This document shows, piece after piece, positions 1 to 21,530 of a stretch of DNA of 64,000 bases. The stretch's first letter is position 1. Each line of letters starts with the position of its first letter. The notes beneath the pieces were generated by a model. It did no database searches, was not told the origin of the DNA, and worked only from the letters and a program-made list of their open reading frames with translations. The translations under genes and the position numbers were made by a program. Location: NCBI RefSeq assembly GCF_009914755.1, contig NC_060937.1. One strand, 5' to 3'. The stretch is from the human T2T-CHM13v2.0 reference genome, Homo sapiens.

Positions 1-33
1 AACTGAAAGGCTTCTGTCACAGCAGACCCAAAC

Positions 34-230
34 ATTCATTCATTCATTGAAAAATGTTTATTGAGCACTTACTTTGTGCCAAGTACTATTCCAAGCAGTA
101 GAGATATAAATAATTCCTGCCTCTGTGGATCTTACATTCATGGATAGAGATAGACTATAAACCGACAAACAAAAAAATAAATTGAATAAGATGTGAAAAC
201 ATGACAAATGCTATGGAGAAAATGTATGAG
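34..230 (-). mobile_element. L2 LINE 3' end fragment
   Basis: cattcattcattcatt...tttattgagcacttactttgtgccaag is the reverse complement of the typical L2 terminus; boundaries approximate. Confidence 0.65.
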
Positions 231-439
231 GTAACTGAGAAGTCCTCGATTTGCCCACTTTGCAAAATTAATAAATGGCTAGAACCTGTGCTTTAACCAC
301 TGTACTATACGGTGCTCAAACCACAAAAATCAAAGAAGGCATGACATCGAACACCTACTGCTGGCGAGACACTTCCCTGCATGCTGAAGATACAACATGA
401 GATAAGATAAATGGTATAAACTAAGAGTATAAGAGTCAG

Positions 440-962
440 CATCTTTAGGAATTGTGTCCCACTGCTAGTTCAGCAGCTTTAGCAAATTGTTCAGTCTCTC
501 ACATACAGGCCTGGAGATAACTATTTCAGGACAAGTATGTGGCCCTATGAAGTCATCAGGAACCTAGATTCCCTCTTCCTTTCTCTTCAACCATCCTTAG
601 AGTGTGGCATCTGTTCTTAGAATCACAATATGGTTGCTCTGGCCTCAGCCATCATGTCTGCATTTTAAGCGGGAAGCGAGAAAAAGGGAGGAAAATAGTC
701 TCCCTTTCCAAAGGAGTTTTTCCCTAAGTCCTACCCAACATCTTCAGCTTATATCCCATTGGCCAGAACTTAGTCGTGTGGCCACACCTAGCAGCAAGGA
801 AGGCTGATAAATGTTTTATACAGGGTGAATCTATTGCTTTACTGATAAAATCAGAGTTCTGTTATTAAGAAGGGTGAAATAGATATAGGCTAGACAGCCA
901 GCAACCTCTGCACTTGATCTCAGCCAAAAGGTCGAGGCGTGATCCCAGCAGCCTCTGTAACA
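440..962. mobile_element. MLT1 (ERVL-MaLR) solo LTR, interrupted near its end by a U2 fragment
   Basis: Characteristic MLT1 motifs: cccattggccagaacttagtcgtgtggccacacctagcagcaaggaaggctg, and terminus ...agcagcctctgtaaca. Subfamily not resolved by eye. Confidence 0.65.
911..943 (-). pseudogene. 3'-truncated U2 snRNA retropseudogene (first ~33 nt of U2)
   Basis: Reverse complement ATCACGCCTCGACCTTTTGGCTGAGATCAAGTG resembles the U2 5' end ATCGCTTCTCGGCCTTTTGGCTAAGATCAAGTG. Flanked by a 13-bp TSD CCAGCA(A/G)CCTCTG at 898-910 and 945-957. Confidence 0.85.
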
Positions 963-1812
963 GGGTTTGATTCATTTTTATATACCCAGAACCTAACACA
1001 AGGACTGGCACAGAGTAGTTAGTCAAATAAATGCTATTAAACTAATCCCAAGTACAAATAATTGAGTTCATGTTGGAGAGTGTCAAGAAATAGGATTAGA
1101 TATGTAAGTATGGGCCAGATCCTAAAGGGGCCAGTCTTCTAAGTGAAATGTGGTTAGAACATGACAGTGATGGTGAAGTTCACCCAAAATAACCTGGGAA
1201 TAAGGAACATATCTTAGTCCTATGGGAACAGACTTTGAAATTAAAATGGTTGTGATAAGACATCTGAAAAGTCACCCTATGAAGTAGCAAGGCAGTTAAT
1301 CCCCAAGACAAGGTACACTTGACTGTGGCAAATCTGTCTCATTAACAGGAGGAGAAAACATATTAGGGGTGGGAGTAATGGTCTGCAGTGTAGCAGACAC
1401 AGATAAAAGGAGAGTCAGAAAGAACTGTCTGCCATTGAAATTCTTATACCGTCCTTTTTGAGTATTAAGATTCCTTTTTAATGCCAAAGTTTTTATTTAC
1501 CTTCTCCCTGTAAACACATAGTAGTAGTAAAAAGTTTAGTATCAGTTCATTGAGGAAATGCAAATGTACAAACCAATTCTGCATCCTTTGGTATAATCCC
1601 GAGGATCTGTAGCTTAGTTTATAGCAGTTGCTTTCACCTTTTTGGCCAGGAGTCACAGTTGAGAAAACAATTTACGTTATGACCTAGTAATGATCACACA
1701 GTTTCTCAAAACAGAACTTACCCCCACTATGGCCAATACTCTAATATTTTCTATGCTAGTTTTTTTTTTTTTTTTTTCTAAATTCTGTTCTTTTACCTAC
1801 TAGAGTTCATTA

Positions 1813-2124
<312 letters not shown>

Positions 2125-2333
2125 TCATCTGAAAATAAATAAATAAATAAAGAACAATGGCATACATGTTCTTCTATGACCAAGAATAGTGACAGCCCTA
2201 GACTTTTAGCTGGCTCACCTTTCCCAGTCACCCAAATCTATCTGATTGTATAAGAATCATGCAATTCCCTAGTTTTACTCTGACTTTTCCTTATCTTAAC
2301 AACAAATAAAAAGCTGAGCTGGAAAATCATTAA

Positions 2334-2648
<315 letters not shown>

Positions 2649-2667
2649 TGAGCCACCACACCCAGCC

Positions 2668-6245
<3,578 letters not shown>

Positions 6246-6665
6246 TTGTTTTTTAAGACAGTCTTGCTCTGTTGTCCAGGCTTGAGTGTAGTGGCATGAT
6301 CACAGCTCACTTCAGCCTTGACCTCCTGGGCCCAAGTGATTTTTTTTTACATGATGTCTTGCTCTGTCACTCAGACTGGAGTGCAATACCACAATCTCAG
6401 CTCACTGCAACCTCCACCTCCCAGGTTCAATTCTCCTGTCTCAGCCTCCCGAGTAGCTTGGATTACAGGTGTGCACTACCATGCCTGGCTAATTTTTTGT
6501 ATTTTTAGTAGAAACAGGGTTTCACCATGTTGGCCAGGCTGATCTCAAACTCCTGACCTCAAGTGATCCACTGTCCTTGGCCTCCCAAAGTACTGGTATT
6601 ACAGGCATGGGCCACCGCGCCCATCGTCAAGTGATCTTCTCACCTCCATCTCCCGTGTTAACTGA

Positions 6666-6836
<171 letters not shown>

Positions 6837-7409
6837 TAGGAACTTTGACTGGAATCAGTGAAGTTCTGAATGTTTTATTCTGTAATTCACCTCCCCTGCC
6901 TTTTTCTTTCTATTCTGTACAGCCTGTCGCCTTTTAGGCTGAAATGATTGAGTAATAAACCCAAGAAGTACTCTGGTAAATACTTGGAAATTCATAAGAT
7001 CTAAAACACAATAATTTGGATACAGTAATTATTTAATAAATATCTATTGAGTGAATGAATATCTATTATCTATATAGATGAGACAACTGAAAAGAAGTCA
7101 TGTCCTTGATTTTTTTATAATTCTCTTTGAAAATAAAATCAATTCGTAAAATAATTGCATCCCCAGAAAATCTTAAGTATAGGCTTTGAGCAAGAAAACA
7201 CAGTTTTTTCTATCATATACCTACCAGGTGGGAGATTATTTATGGCAAAAGACAAAGTCTTCGCCCTTAAGTATCCTTTCTGAATTAAGAAAAGCAATTT
7301 TTTAGTATAGCTTACATAAAAAAACCTCAATGTATATAGTTCTCTGAGTTGCCTCTCTTGTCCTCCTTGTAAGCATTTTATTGGATTTTCTTTTTCTTTT
7401 TTTAAACAG

Positions 7410-7460
7410 ACTAAAAAAGAAGCACCTGAGTGGTCTAAGAAACAAAAGATGAAGACCTAG
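7410..7460 (+). CDS. PIBF1: Terminal coding exon of PIBF1 (CEP90), TKKEAPEWSKKQKMKT*
   Basis: Strong acceptor ttttctttttctttttttaaacag ending at 7409; 16 codons plus TAG (7458-7460) matching the recalled PIBF1 C-terminus; PIBF1 is the known upstream neighbour of KLF5 on the same strand. Confidence 0.88.
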   Translation, partial: TKKEAPEWSKKQKMKT

Positions 7461-7585
7461 TGTTTTGGATGGGAAGCACCTGTAGACCATTATATACTCC
7501 TGAAGTTCTTTTTCTGATGGAAAACAAAATTCAGCTTAATCGTGTACTCAGCATTTTTTAAATAACAATGTTTATTTGAACTAAT

Positions 7586-7668
7586 ATTAAATTAACAAAT
7601 TCAGTGTAATCAAAATGTGTAAAGAACAATCAATATACTTTATTTTTTTTTCTATTTTATAAAATAAA
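7586..7668 (+). terminator. PIBF1: Candidate PIBF1 polyadenylation signals
   Basis: ATTAAA at 7586-7591 followed by GT/T-rich sequence; AATAAA at 7663-7668; a further AATAAA at 7961-7966. Confidence 0.6.
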
Positions 7669-8115
7669 TATATATGCTATGCTTTAAATTTTGGAGCTTT
7701 CATAAATGTTCAATGCATTTTAAGTGTGTGGCTTATAAATATTTTGGTGAGTATTTTTCTATACTACGTAAATTCTGAGTTTAAATGTCATACACAAATA
7801 CTAAGACACTTTGCATTTTTAAAAATTAAGAATCATTTGTGAAGTCCACTACGAGGTACTTCAAAAGCCCAGTAATGGTGGTCAGATACCATGTAGATGG
7901 ATACAGATTGTTGACTCTTTTGAAGTTGTTTTTTTCTTATATTTTATATTACCATTAACCAATAAAATCTGGCAGAAAGTCTGCTATTCCATTGGTAAAG
8001 TGAAAATTTGGTGGAAAGTCTGTTGCTACATCAGTCATAACATTGTTGGACCAGATGCAATATGGATCAGATTTCTAGTCAGAAAAAAAATCAATAGGAT
8101 TTTCTTTTGTCATAA

Positions 8116-8862
<747 letters not shown>

Positions 8863-8921
8863 TGGATGAAGACTAGGGTTCCTTCTACCTCTTGGCCATT
8901 GTGAATTGTCTTACTTTTTAA

Positions 8922-9171
<250 letters not shown>

Positions 9172-9939
9172 TAGAGACAGGGGTCTCAGTATGTTGCTCA
9201 GGCTGGGCTCAAGTGATTTTCCCACCTCAGCCTCCCCAGTAGCTGAGATTACAGGTGTGAGTCACCACACCTGGCTCTTACTTAAAAATAATAAAAACAA
9301 AAGTTAATCATAACATTATTTTTTCTTGATAAATGTTTTATGAAATGTTGCCCAAATGCAAGTGTAATAGCCACCATTATCAAGCTCATTCTGTCAGCCA
9401 GTTGCTGTGTTACATGCTTTCTACTCTTTATTTAATCTTCACAGTAACTCTGTCAAGTAAGCATTATCTTCATTTTTAAAATGAAAAAAACCGAGACTCA
9501 GTAAGGGTAACTAAATGGCCCAAGATCACACACACGATAAATAGAAGTGGATTTGAACCAAGTTGCTACGCTCTTTCCAGTACACGACACTGCTTCTCAT
9601 TGCTTGCTTCCTATCCCTGGCTCCCAAGCTCACTTCAATAGCAAGAAATGCAGGGGAAATTTTTAATTTTTTTTAGATATGGTCTCACTTTGTTGCCCAG
9701 TCTAGTATCAAACTACTGGCCTTGAGCAATCCTCCCACTTCAGCCTCCAGAGTGAGTAGCTGGGATTGGAGGCGCAAGCCACCCTCCCAGCGAAAATTTT
9801 GTTCTATCACCTTTTCTTTGTGGGTAGGGGGGCTATGGGACTTAGCATAGTTGCATTGTTTTTGCTCAAGATAAGTTCATGGTTCTGAAACTTTGTTTTT
9901 TTTTTTTTTGTTTTTTTTTTTTTTTGCAGAAGCTTAGCA

Positions 9940-10006
9940 TTCCCATACTCGTAGTTGAACCCAGGCCACCTGGGTGAAAAACCAGGAATCCTAAGACCAT
10001 GTGGGA
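9940..10006 (-). pseudogene. tRNA-Glu(TTC) retropseudogene with 3' trailer and poly(A)
   Basis: Reverse complement TCCCACATGGTCTTAGGATTCCTGGTTTTTCACCCAGGTGGCCTGGGTTCAACTACGAGTATGGGAA matches tRNA-Glu-TTC apart from a 6-nt D-arm deletion, a +1 T near the anticodon and CpG decay. T tract at 9892-9925 is the tail. Confidence 0.88.
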
Positions 10007-10378
10007 GATGACTCTAACTCCTAAAGAATTCCATGACTCTTATAATAGTTCTTACCAGGTTAACAGGATATACTCAGCTTTCAGAACCAACTAAATGGCT
10101 TGTATTCACTTTATTGATTCATACATTCTTTCATTGAACAAACAAGAAAAATCTAAAATGTGTAAGGCATTCAAACTATGTATTGTTTGTCTTCTTCTCA
10201 AAGGGCCCTGAAAAAGAATTCTATGATACCTCAAGCACCAAAGGAAGTTTACTTTCATCATCCTCAGTATAGAAATTTCCAAAAAGAAGTATCAGCTAGT
10301 GACCCAAGTACTCCAAATGCACTATATATATAAAGAAGATGCCACTTTTGCTGATTTCAGTAAGTCATACTTGGATAA

Positions 10379-10876
<498 letters not shown>

Positions 10877-11480
10877 TAGACTCCTGTGGGCCTCTTAGAT
10901 TTAACAAAGGTAAGAATTCCCACTTAATTATTTGAAAAAACATTTCACTTTTATTAAAAATACTGCTGTTTGAAAAAGGTGCTTCTCCAGTGGCATTCAG
11001 TATTGGTGGCCTGGCATGGTGGGTACTACCCAATGAAGACTGTACTATATATTTATAGGCCATACTTATGAACACGTGTATATATATTTATATAAGATCT
11101 ACCTATCTAGGATGGAAACTCGGGTGAAAATAAAATAGGGTGAAGGTAAAAAGTACGTAGCACTTCCAGTTGTGAGCCAAGATTGTAACTAGAGAGCAGC
11201 CAGGAGCTTCCTGTCAGTAACCGTGTTTTCAATAAATACTCTTTCATGTACAACAAATAAATAAAAAGCTGCTGCTCATATCTGAAATGTTCTCAAGTGA
11301 AACTGATGTCAGGAATTTATTTTCCCTTGCCTAATCTTACAGGATTAAAATTTGGGTTATTGGCTGGGCGTGGTGGCTCACGCCTGTAATCCCAGCACTT
11401 TGGGAGGCTGAGGCGGGTGGATCACGAGGTCAGGAGAGCCAGACCATCCTGGCTAACACAGTGAAACCCCGTCTCTACTA

Positions 11481-11696
<216 letters not shown>

Positions 11697-12139
11697 CTAG
11701 CAGTGGATATTAGCCTATCCAATATCAGTGAGAAATATATTTTATTTTCATATAACTCATTTTAAAAATTAATAAATACTATAAATGCTCTAAAGAAAGA
11801 CTTCCTAAGGCTTAGAGGTCACCAACAAAGCTAGCCAACTAGTACCAAGAGTATCCCGTGGTATCATTTACTTTGGTTGATTTACAGAGCTCACAGTCCA
11901 GTCCTCAGCTTTACAGGCTCAGAAATTTAATTTTGTTAGTGCACTAAAGATGACACGTCTTTCAGGAGTGTGCCCATATTTACTGGTGCATAGATCATAA
12001 TGTTTATGTATTACTTCTGAGAGAAAAGTAAAACTGATATACAGAATATGACTTATTGGAATCAGCACACCTGGCATCTTCTCTCCCTATTTCCTCCTAG
12101 CTTCTGCCATACTATACACTCATATTTTTCTCCTTCATC

Positions 12140-12530
12140 CTCCTCTATTACCTGATCATAAAACACTGAATTTTTCAGAGCTTTTTTCCCTCTAAGCCTA
12201 TTCATTCCATTCTGTACTTACTCTCAGATAATTTCTACACCCTGGCTTCAGCTACTAAATGCCAATATTTGCAAACGTACGTCTCCAGTTCAGACGGTTC
12301 CTTTTAACCACCTGCCTACTTGACATTTCTACTTGGATGTCCCATTGTGACCTCAAACTTAACATGTATTAAACTGAACTCACCAACTTTCTCCTCCAGT
12401 GTTTTCAATTTCAATAAATGGTACTACCATTTATTTACTCAGTGACTTATACCACAAAACCAGGAGTCATCCAAGACCCTTCTCTTGTTAACTACCAGCA
12501 TTCAATTACCAAGCCCTGTTGATCTGCCTC
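12140..12530 (+). mobile_element. L2 LINE fragment (continues near 13980-14090 and 16010-16215)
   Basis: cctgcctacttgacatttctacttggatgtccc...cctcaaacttaacatgtattaaactgaactc is typical L2 3' sequence. Confidence 0.7.
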
Positions 12531-12627
12531 ATATTTTTTTTTACTTTTGATTGTGAAAATTTCCGGCCGGGCATGGTGGCTCACGCCTGTAATCCCAGCA
12601 CGTTGGGAGGCCTAGGCAGGAGGATCA

Positions 12628-12888
<261 letters not shown>

Positions 12889-12944
12889 TCAAATACACAA
12901 AACGGCAAAGGAAATGTCAAGACAGGATATATTCATTGTCTTGA

Positions 12945-13349
<405 letters not shown>

Positions 13350-14620
13350 TAAAGATGTTTTTTGAAAGGAGGAAAGAGGGAGAGAAGGAGGACGGTAGGC
13401 GGGTGGGCAGGCAGTCAGGCAGGCACCATCTAGAAAGCCCTGATGAAGCCAATGACTTAACAAACATCAATGAATGCTAAAACAATTAGATAAAGGATAA
13501 TAGGGAATATTATATCAGGCCATAACCACCTATAATCACTAGTCAACCTTAGTATCATTAAAATGAGACAACCAGACATTATGTGCTTCCTGATGTGATG
13601 TGATGTGATGTGAAGTATAAAGCAATACATGTATAGTATTTTTGTCAAAAATTTTAAGATTTTAGCTGAATCAAATTGAGTCTTCAGATCCAACTTCCAA
13701 TCTACAGGCAAAACAAGAAAGAGAAAATCAAGCTAAAAGACGCCAGGAGGAAGCAATTGACTAAATCCAGAACACGGAACATTCTGGGCACTGGGAAGGA
13801 CAATTGCTTTTAGGCCTTCCTTATTTTGAGGCATTTTTAATAAAGCTGTAAAATAATACGTTTTTAAAGAGAGGGAAAAACTCATGAGTTCCCACTGATA
13901 TATCCAATTCTAATTTGAAATTTAAAGATTTCAATTCTCTGATTTTACATGTGTGTTTCATTTCCTGTGTGTGAATTGTTAACACAACCTTAGCTCAAGC
14001 CATCGTGTCCTCCTCCCTAGGATTCTTCGGTAGTCTCCTAACTGGTCTTCCTAAATTTACTCATGCCATTCTCCGCAGCAAAGAATGGATTTTTTTTACA
14101 CTGTGATTTTTTATTTTGAATTTAACCTACAGTTTATACAAGAGATTTATAAGACATGAACTTGGAAAACAGAACAAAATGTAATTGAGGTATAAGAGCA
14201 CAGTATGTCATGTTTCAATAAATATAATTCAAAATTTTTAAATGATCAAATAGATGAGCCTTGCGTTTTACTAAACCCATGTGAAATATTTGTTTCTTGC
14301 ATGGGAGGTAGAGAAAAACTGTATTCCTTAATGCAATCACCACAATGTTTATCATAACATTGTACATCACCAACAAATTTTTAAAGTATTAACTATTTTG
14401 ATCATAATGAGTGTTTGCAATAGTTGCAGAAAGATATTTCACTTACTGCCTTCACAGACTATTAAGTTCAGAAATAAAAGCTACCGTATTGGCATAACAT
14501 CATCAAGATAAACAAATATTTCCTAAATAGATGCATAAAAACATATATTTTATTGTCCTCAGCCCGTAGCTCCTAAAGGTATCTTAAATTTAGCCAATCC
14601 TTTTAGCTCTTGCATTTTAA

Positions 14621-14773
<153 letters not shown>

Positions 14774-15316
14774 TGAGTAGCTGGGATTACAGGCGCCCAC
14801 CAGCACGCCCAGCTAATTTTTAGTAGAGACAGGGTTTCACCATGTTGGCCAGGCTGCTCTCGAACTCCTGACCTCAGGTGATCCACCCCACCCGCCTCAG
14901 CCTCCCAAAGTGCTGGGATTATAGGCATAAGTCACCATGTCCGGCACTTCCTTTATATTTAAGGAGGGCGTCTATAGTTGAGAAAAAGTTTCCCAGATTT
15001 TTTTTTGTCACAAATAGAATGAAATGCAATGAATAGAACAGAATAAAAATGACTGTCTTCTTAACCCAGAAGCAATACAAAATATCCATGCACTTTTCTT
15101 CTAATAATGGAAATGCATACATATCCCTTGATAAGAAAAGAAAAAAAGTCTTAAGCTCTAAACATTTAAATTATTCAGTTCCACAGCTTATAATACAGCA
15201 GTTACGTTCCTTGTTGATAGCTTCATAAAAACTACTAAGTAGTTTCAAATGCATAGTAAAAGCACAATTTTATCTTAATTTTCTAAAATGTCCAGTCATG
15301 TAAAATAAAGAGATCA

Positions 15317-15706
<390 letters not shown>

Positions 15707-18211
15707 TTAACTTTGGGGCTGGTGTTTAGTTTGTGGGGATAGTTTCTGTCTCCTGAACCCTGGAGGGAAATGCAACAAATCTAAAAAGTAGTAGAATAAC
15801 CCCAAAGGTGTGTTCATGAATGTTTAACCATCAGCTCCCAGGAAAAAAGACCCTGATTTTCATAGTGGGGCCTAGATTTTCATGGCAGGATGGAATGAAT
15901 GAATACTCCCACTATGGCCAGCGTAGAGCTACCAAAATGGGGCTAGGAAGAGGTGCTCACACTCAGCTCACTGGGCTACACCATTCCAGCAAACACTGCC
16001 CAGGCCACAGGGTACAGGCCCTGCCTGATCCAAACCCAAACTTCTTTTGAGCTCCTCCATGGTATTCAGTGGCCTTTTTTGAATTCCTTAAACTCTTCCA
16101 GCTGTTTCTTTTCTCAGGCTCTTCACCACATTCTGCCTTCTCTACTTAGAATACTGCCTACCTAGAATACTAACCTCCCCTAAGTCCTCCTCATCCTCTA
16201 GATCTCAGGTTTCTGATATACACACACACAAAGCGAGAAAGCAGATCGCAATATAAGATGTTAGGGGTTTTTGGGGGTGTTTTGTTTTTGAGACAGGGTC
16301 TCACTCTGTTGCCCAGGCTGCAGTGCAGTGGTACAATTATGGCGCACTGCAACCTTAACCTCTGGGTCTCAAGCAATCCTCCCACTTCAGCCTTTCAAGT
16401 AGCTGGGATCACAGGTGCATGCCACCATGCCCAGCTAAGTTTTTGTTTGTTTTTGTAGAAACACGGCCTCATTATGATACCCAGGCTGGTCTCGAATTCC
16501 TAGACTCAAGTGATCCTCCCACCTCAGCCTCCCAAAGTGTTGAGCTAACAGGTGTGAGCCACCAAGCCCCATCTAAAATGTATTTCTTAACCAGATGCAG
16601 TGGCACACTTGTAGTCCCAGCTACTTGGGAGGCTGAGGCAGGAGAATTCCTTGAGCCCAGGAGTTCCAGCCTGCACAACATAGCAAGACCTCATCTCTAT
16701 AAAAATAATTAAATAAAATAAAAGCATTTATTATAGTTCATGGCCAAAAACAAGCTTTTAAAGACCACTGCCCTAGACACTGCCAAGATATGCATTCTCC
16801 TCCAGACTTTGATTTTATGGATTTCAGATTGGCAATCCCCATCCACCTCTGTCATTACCACATTGTCTCACATGTGCTAATTTATTCTAGACCTGGAAGC
16901 CAGTGAACCTGCTTTCCTGATGACTACATACCTCTGCTCTAAACCAGGAAATGATGACTTCATAGTTTCACTCACAGAGGGTTGTTTTTCCCCAGTTCTT
17001 ACATGTTATACGCAATACCTTCAAGCCTCATACCAGCAACACAAATTATATTTCATTTATTTCCAGTGTTGCTATCGTAACGTGATCTGGAGTAATCATT
17101 CAGTAATCATTCAGACTTCGAATACTTTAACATCCCTCTGAAAAAAGAATGTACTTAGGACATGAATCCATTGGTCAGAAAAAAAAAAAAAAGAAAAAAA
17201 TGAAAGAAATTTTTAAAAAGAATGTACCTCATATCTCAACCAAGTCATTGAAATACAATTGAAATTCCATTTTAAAGCGTCATTAAAGTCATTCTAATCA
17301 CCTTACAAACATTGTCTTTAAATAACAGGGTTTATTTATATCGTTGGTATTTATTTCCATTGACATCATTTTCAAGAAAGCACTATGAAATTCTCCAAGG
17401 CCATGTACTTTTCAGATACCTATTTCTCTTTCTCTCTTGCTCTTATCTCTCCTCTCTCCCTCTCTCTTTCTATTTTTGAAAAAGCTTTTTAAAATTTCTT
17501 TAATTAACAAATTGGTACCTGAATCAGAATAATGGATCTGTTTTTGTTTCCTCTTTAACTTTGTTACTTTATGTCATGTAATTATTGAATACTGAATATC
17601 TTTTCTATATCTAATCATGCTTTATCTTCTCTTTAACAACTATAGAACAATTAGAGGATCTAAAATTAAATTTTTATCCCCTAAACTTTCAAAGTTCACA
17701 GCATATGTAATTTTCTGAATGCCATCTGTTAGGGCTTTATTAAGCAAGTTGTTAATGTTATGTAGCAAACATGTAGCAGAAATGTCACTAACATTTTAAA
17801 TTGTGCTCTAAAATATGTGTAGGCATTATAAACTAGTGATGTCTTCTTTCTCATTACTGTCCTCACTTATTTCTAATACTGCAATCAGAGTCGTAATGTG
17901 TCTCTTTTACTTTCAGTTCCTGCCATTTATTTCTGGTATGATCATCTTGATTTACTATTATTAGTATGATTGGGTCATTATCATTACCTGTTACTAGCAC
18001 AGTTCCAGGAATGTACTATACACTCTATAAAATGTTAATTTCTTTCTTTTGGCATTTTCTAGAAATATATATATAGTCTATTTACATAGATATTCAAATG
18101 CTTATACATAAAGATATATTCAAAAGGCTCAGCCGGGCGCAGTGGCTCACACCTGTAATCCCAGCACTTTGGGAGGCCAAGGCGGGCGGATCACCTGAGG
18201 TCAGGAGTTCA

Positions 18212-18448
<237 letters not shown>

Positions 18449-18990
18449 TCATTAATACCAGAAGCTAGAGCAAAGAACAAAGCTATGATGCTAGGGACCT
18501 CAAATAAATAATGAAAACATTTATCTAATTCCTATTACCTTTGGTGACTAAAAGAAAGATAAAATGCTGTGTCCATTAGATCAAACTCTAGGAGAGCAAA
18601 GAACACGTCTGTGATATTGACTGCTGGTATCCTCAGAGCTTAGAACAACAAATATACACTACAAGATGGCCGAATCAATGAATCAGTGGGCAAGCAGGAA
18701 CTGCAGCCAGGTCTTTACTTGTGCGGCACTGATGTCCACAGCTACGAATTTTTGTTAATCATAGAATTAATTGGTGTGTCCATCCAGTTAACCAAAATTA
18801 ATTATATGGCCAAATACACCAGAAAATGTTTGTCCTTGTAGGATCTTTTCTTTATTTTTATGTTTTTAAATAGAGACAGGGTCTTGCTCCGTCACCCAGG
18901 CTGGAGTGCAGTAGTGCAGTCATGGCTCACTGCAGCCTTGAACTCCTGGGCTCAAGCAACCCTCCTGCCTTAAGCCTCCCAAGTAGCTAG

Positions 18991-19242
<252 letters not shown>

Positions 19243-19431
19243 TGAACTCCTGGGCTCAAGGGATCCTCCTGCCTTGGCCTCCTAAAGTGCCGGGATTACA
19301 GAAGTGAGCCACCACACCTGGCTCCATGTGGGATCTTTAGTCACAGATTCTTTATGGGCCTGTTCTTTCAAAAAAAGTGTAATAAAATTTAGCATGTGAG
19401 TGTTCTAGCAAACAGTCATACAGATAGGTGA

Positions 19432-19686
<255 letters not shown>

Positions 19687-19796
19687 TAATCAACCTGCCT
19701 CAGCCTCCCAAAGTGCTGGGATGACAGGTGTGAGCCACAGCACCCAGCCAAAAAAATTGATTCTTATTTGCTTTGGTTTCATACGATCAGGGGTAA

Positions 19797-20201
<405 letters not shown>

Positions 20202-21530
20202 TAGATTTGTTTTTTAAATACCTCAATTGTATAATGTGTTCAATATGTAGATATATAATTTCTTAAATTAATATTCTGAGGCTTAGTGTTCAGCCTGTCT
20301 CCCTATACCTCCACATCACTCTATAGTCCATTTCTCTCTTTATTTTCTTTAGAGCAGTATCTGTAATTTTCTTCTTTCTTTTCTATTTGCTTATTGCCTA
20401 TCCTATCTAAATAGAATATAATACATTCCATGAAAGCCAACAGTCTTATCTGTGTCGCTGCTGTATCCCCAGCACACAGAACAATTGACTCCCCTGTCAA
20501 ATTTTGTTCAATGGTAGGAAGAAAGAAAGAAAAGAAGGGAAGTGACATTTACTTTTAATTTTTTTGTATTGAATTTTTGTTGGAAACAAATTTTAAAAAC
20601 TAATTAGATCATCCTTTCTCCTCCCACATTACCCAGAAAAGCAAGGAAGGTCATTGTCTATCTCGTTATTGCTAGGCACTGAAACAGCTCAGTATCTTAA
20701 CATATTTTTTCTCTGATCTCAGAAAACAACAAGTTTCTTCCTTCCAAGATTAGCCCCTTTGTGCTTGTTGCACTCTTTATATTGAGATGCACGAGCAGCA
20801 ATGAGATGATCCCTGAAGAATGTGGACTGAGAAATGCAGGAGACCCAAGACAAAATCCCAACAGATACCAACAGCTGAGGAAAGGACAAAAGAGAAAACA
20901 CAGAAAGGAGACCCTCCTTCACTCTCATGTACCCATTACAACCTGGTTCCTTCCTCAATTACTGAAGTAAAACTATCTCCCAAAGTGCGCTGGCTCCACC
21001 TGCTACGACTGAGTCCCTAAGCCTTTGTCTCTCTCTTCTTCCAGTGTAAATGCTCTTTTCCCTCAGCCCTTCCCATAAAGTCATTCTTCAGTGTTCAGCT
21101 GAGTCCCATGTTTTGTCTTGTTTTTCTCTACTCTTCTTTGAGATAGAAAGTATTAGAGGGAAAGCCAGGCACGGTGGCTCATGCCTGTAATCCCAGTGCT
21201 TTGGGAGGCCTAGGTCGGAGGATCTCTTGAGGCCAGGAGTTTGAGGCCAGCCTGGGCAATGTAGCAAGACCCCATCTCTACAAAAAATTTTAAAAATTAG
21301 CCAGATTTGGTGGTGTGTGCATGTAGTCTCAGATACTTGGGAGGCTGAGGGGAGAGGATTGCTTGAGCCAGGTGGTAGAGGATGCAGTGAGCTATGATCC
21401 TATGACTGCACTCCAGCCTGGGCAACAGAGGGAAACCTTGTCTCTAAAAAGGAAAAGAAAAGAGAAAAGAAGAGGAGAAGGGAAGGGAAGGGGAAGGAGA
21501 AGTGGGAAAGAGAAAAGAAAGAAAGGAAAA

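Noticed and set aside
9940-10006. Functional tRNA-Glu gene
   Set aside because: D-arm deletion, anticodon-arm insertion, T-arm and acceptor mismatches, and a retroposition tail.
20700-21020. Overlapping short ORFs in apparently unique sequence
   Set aside because: No recognisable domain or convincing exon structure; may be an ancient LTR relic that I could not assign.
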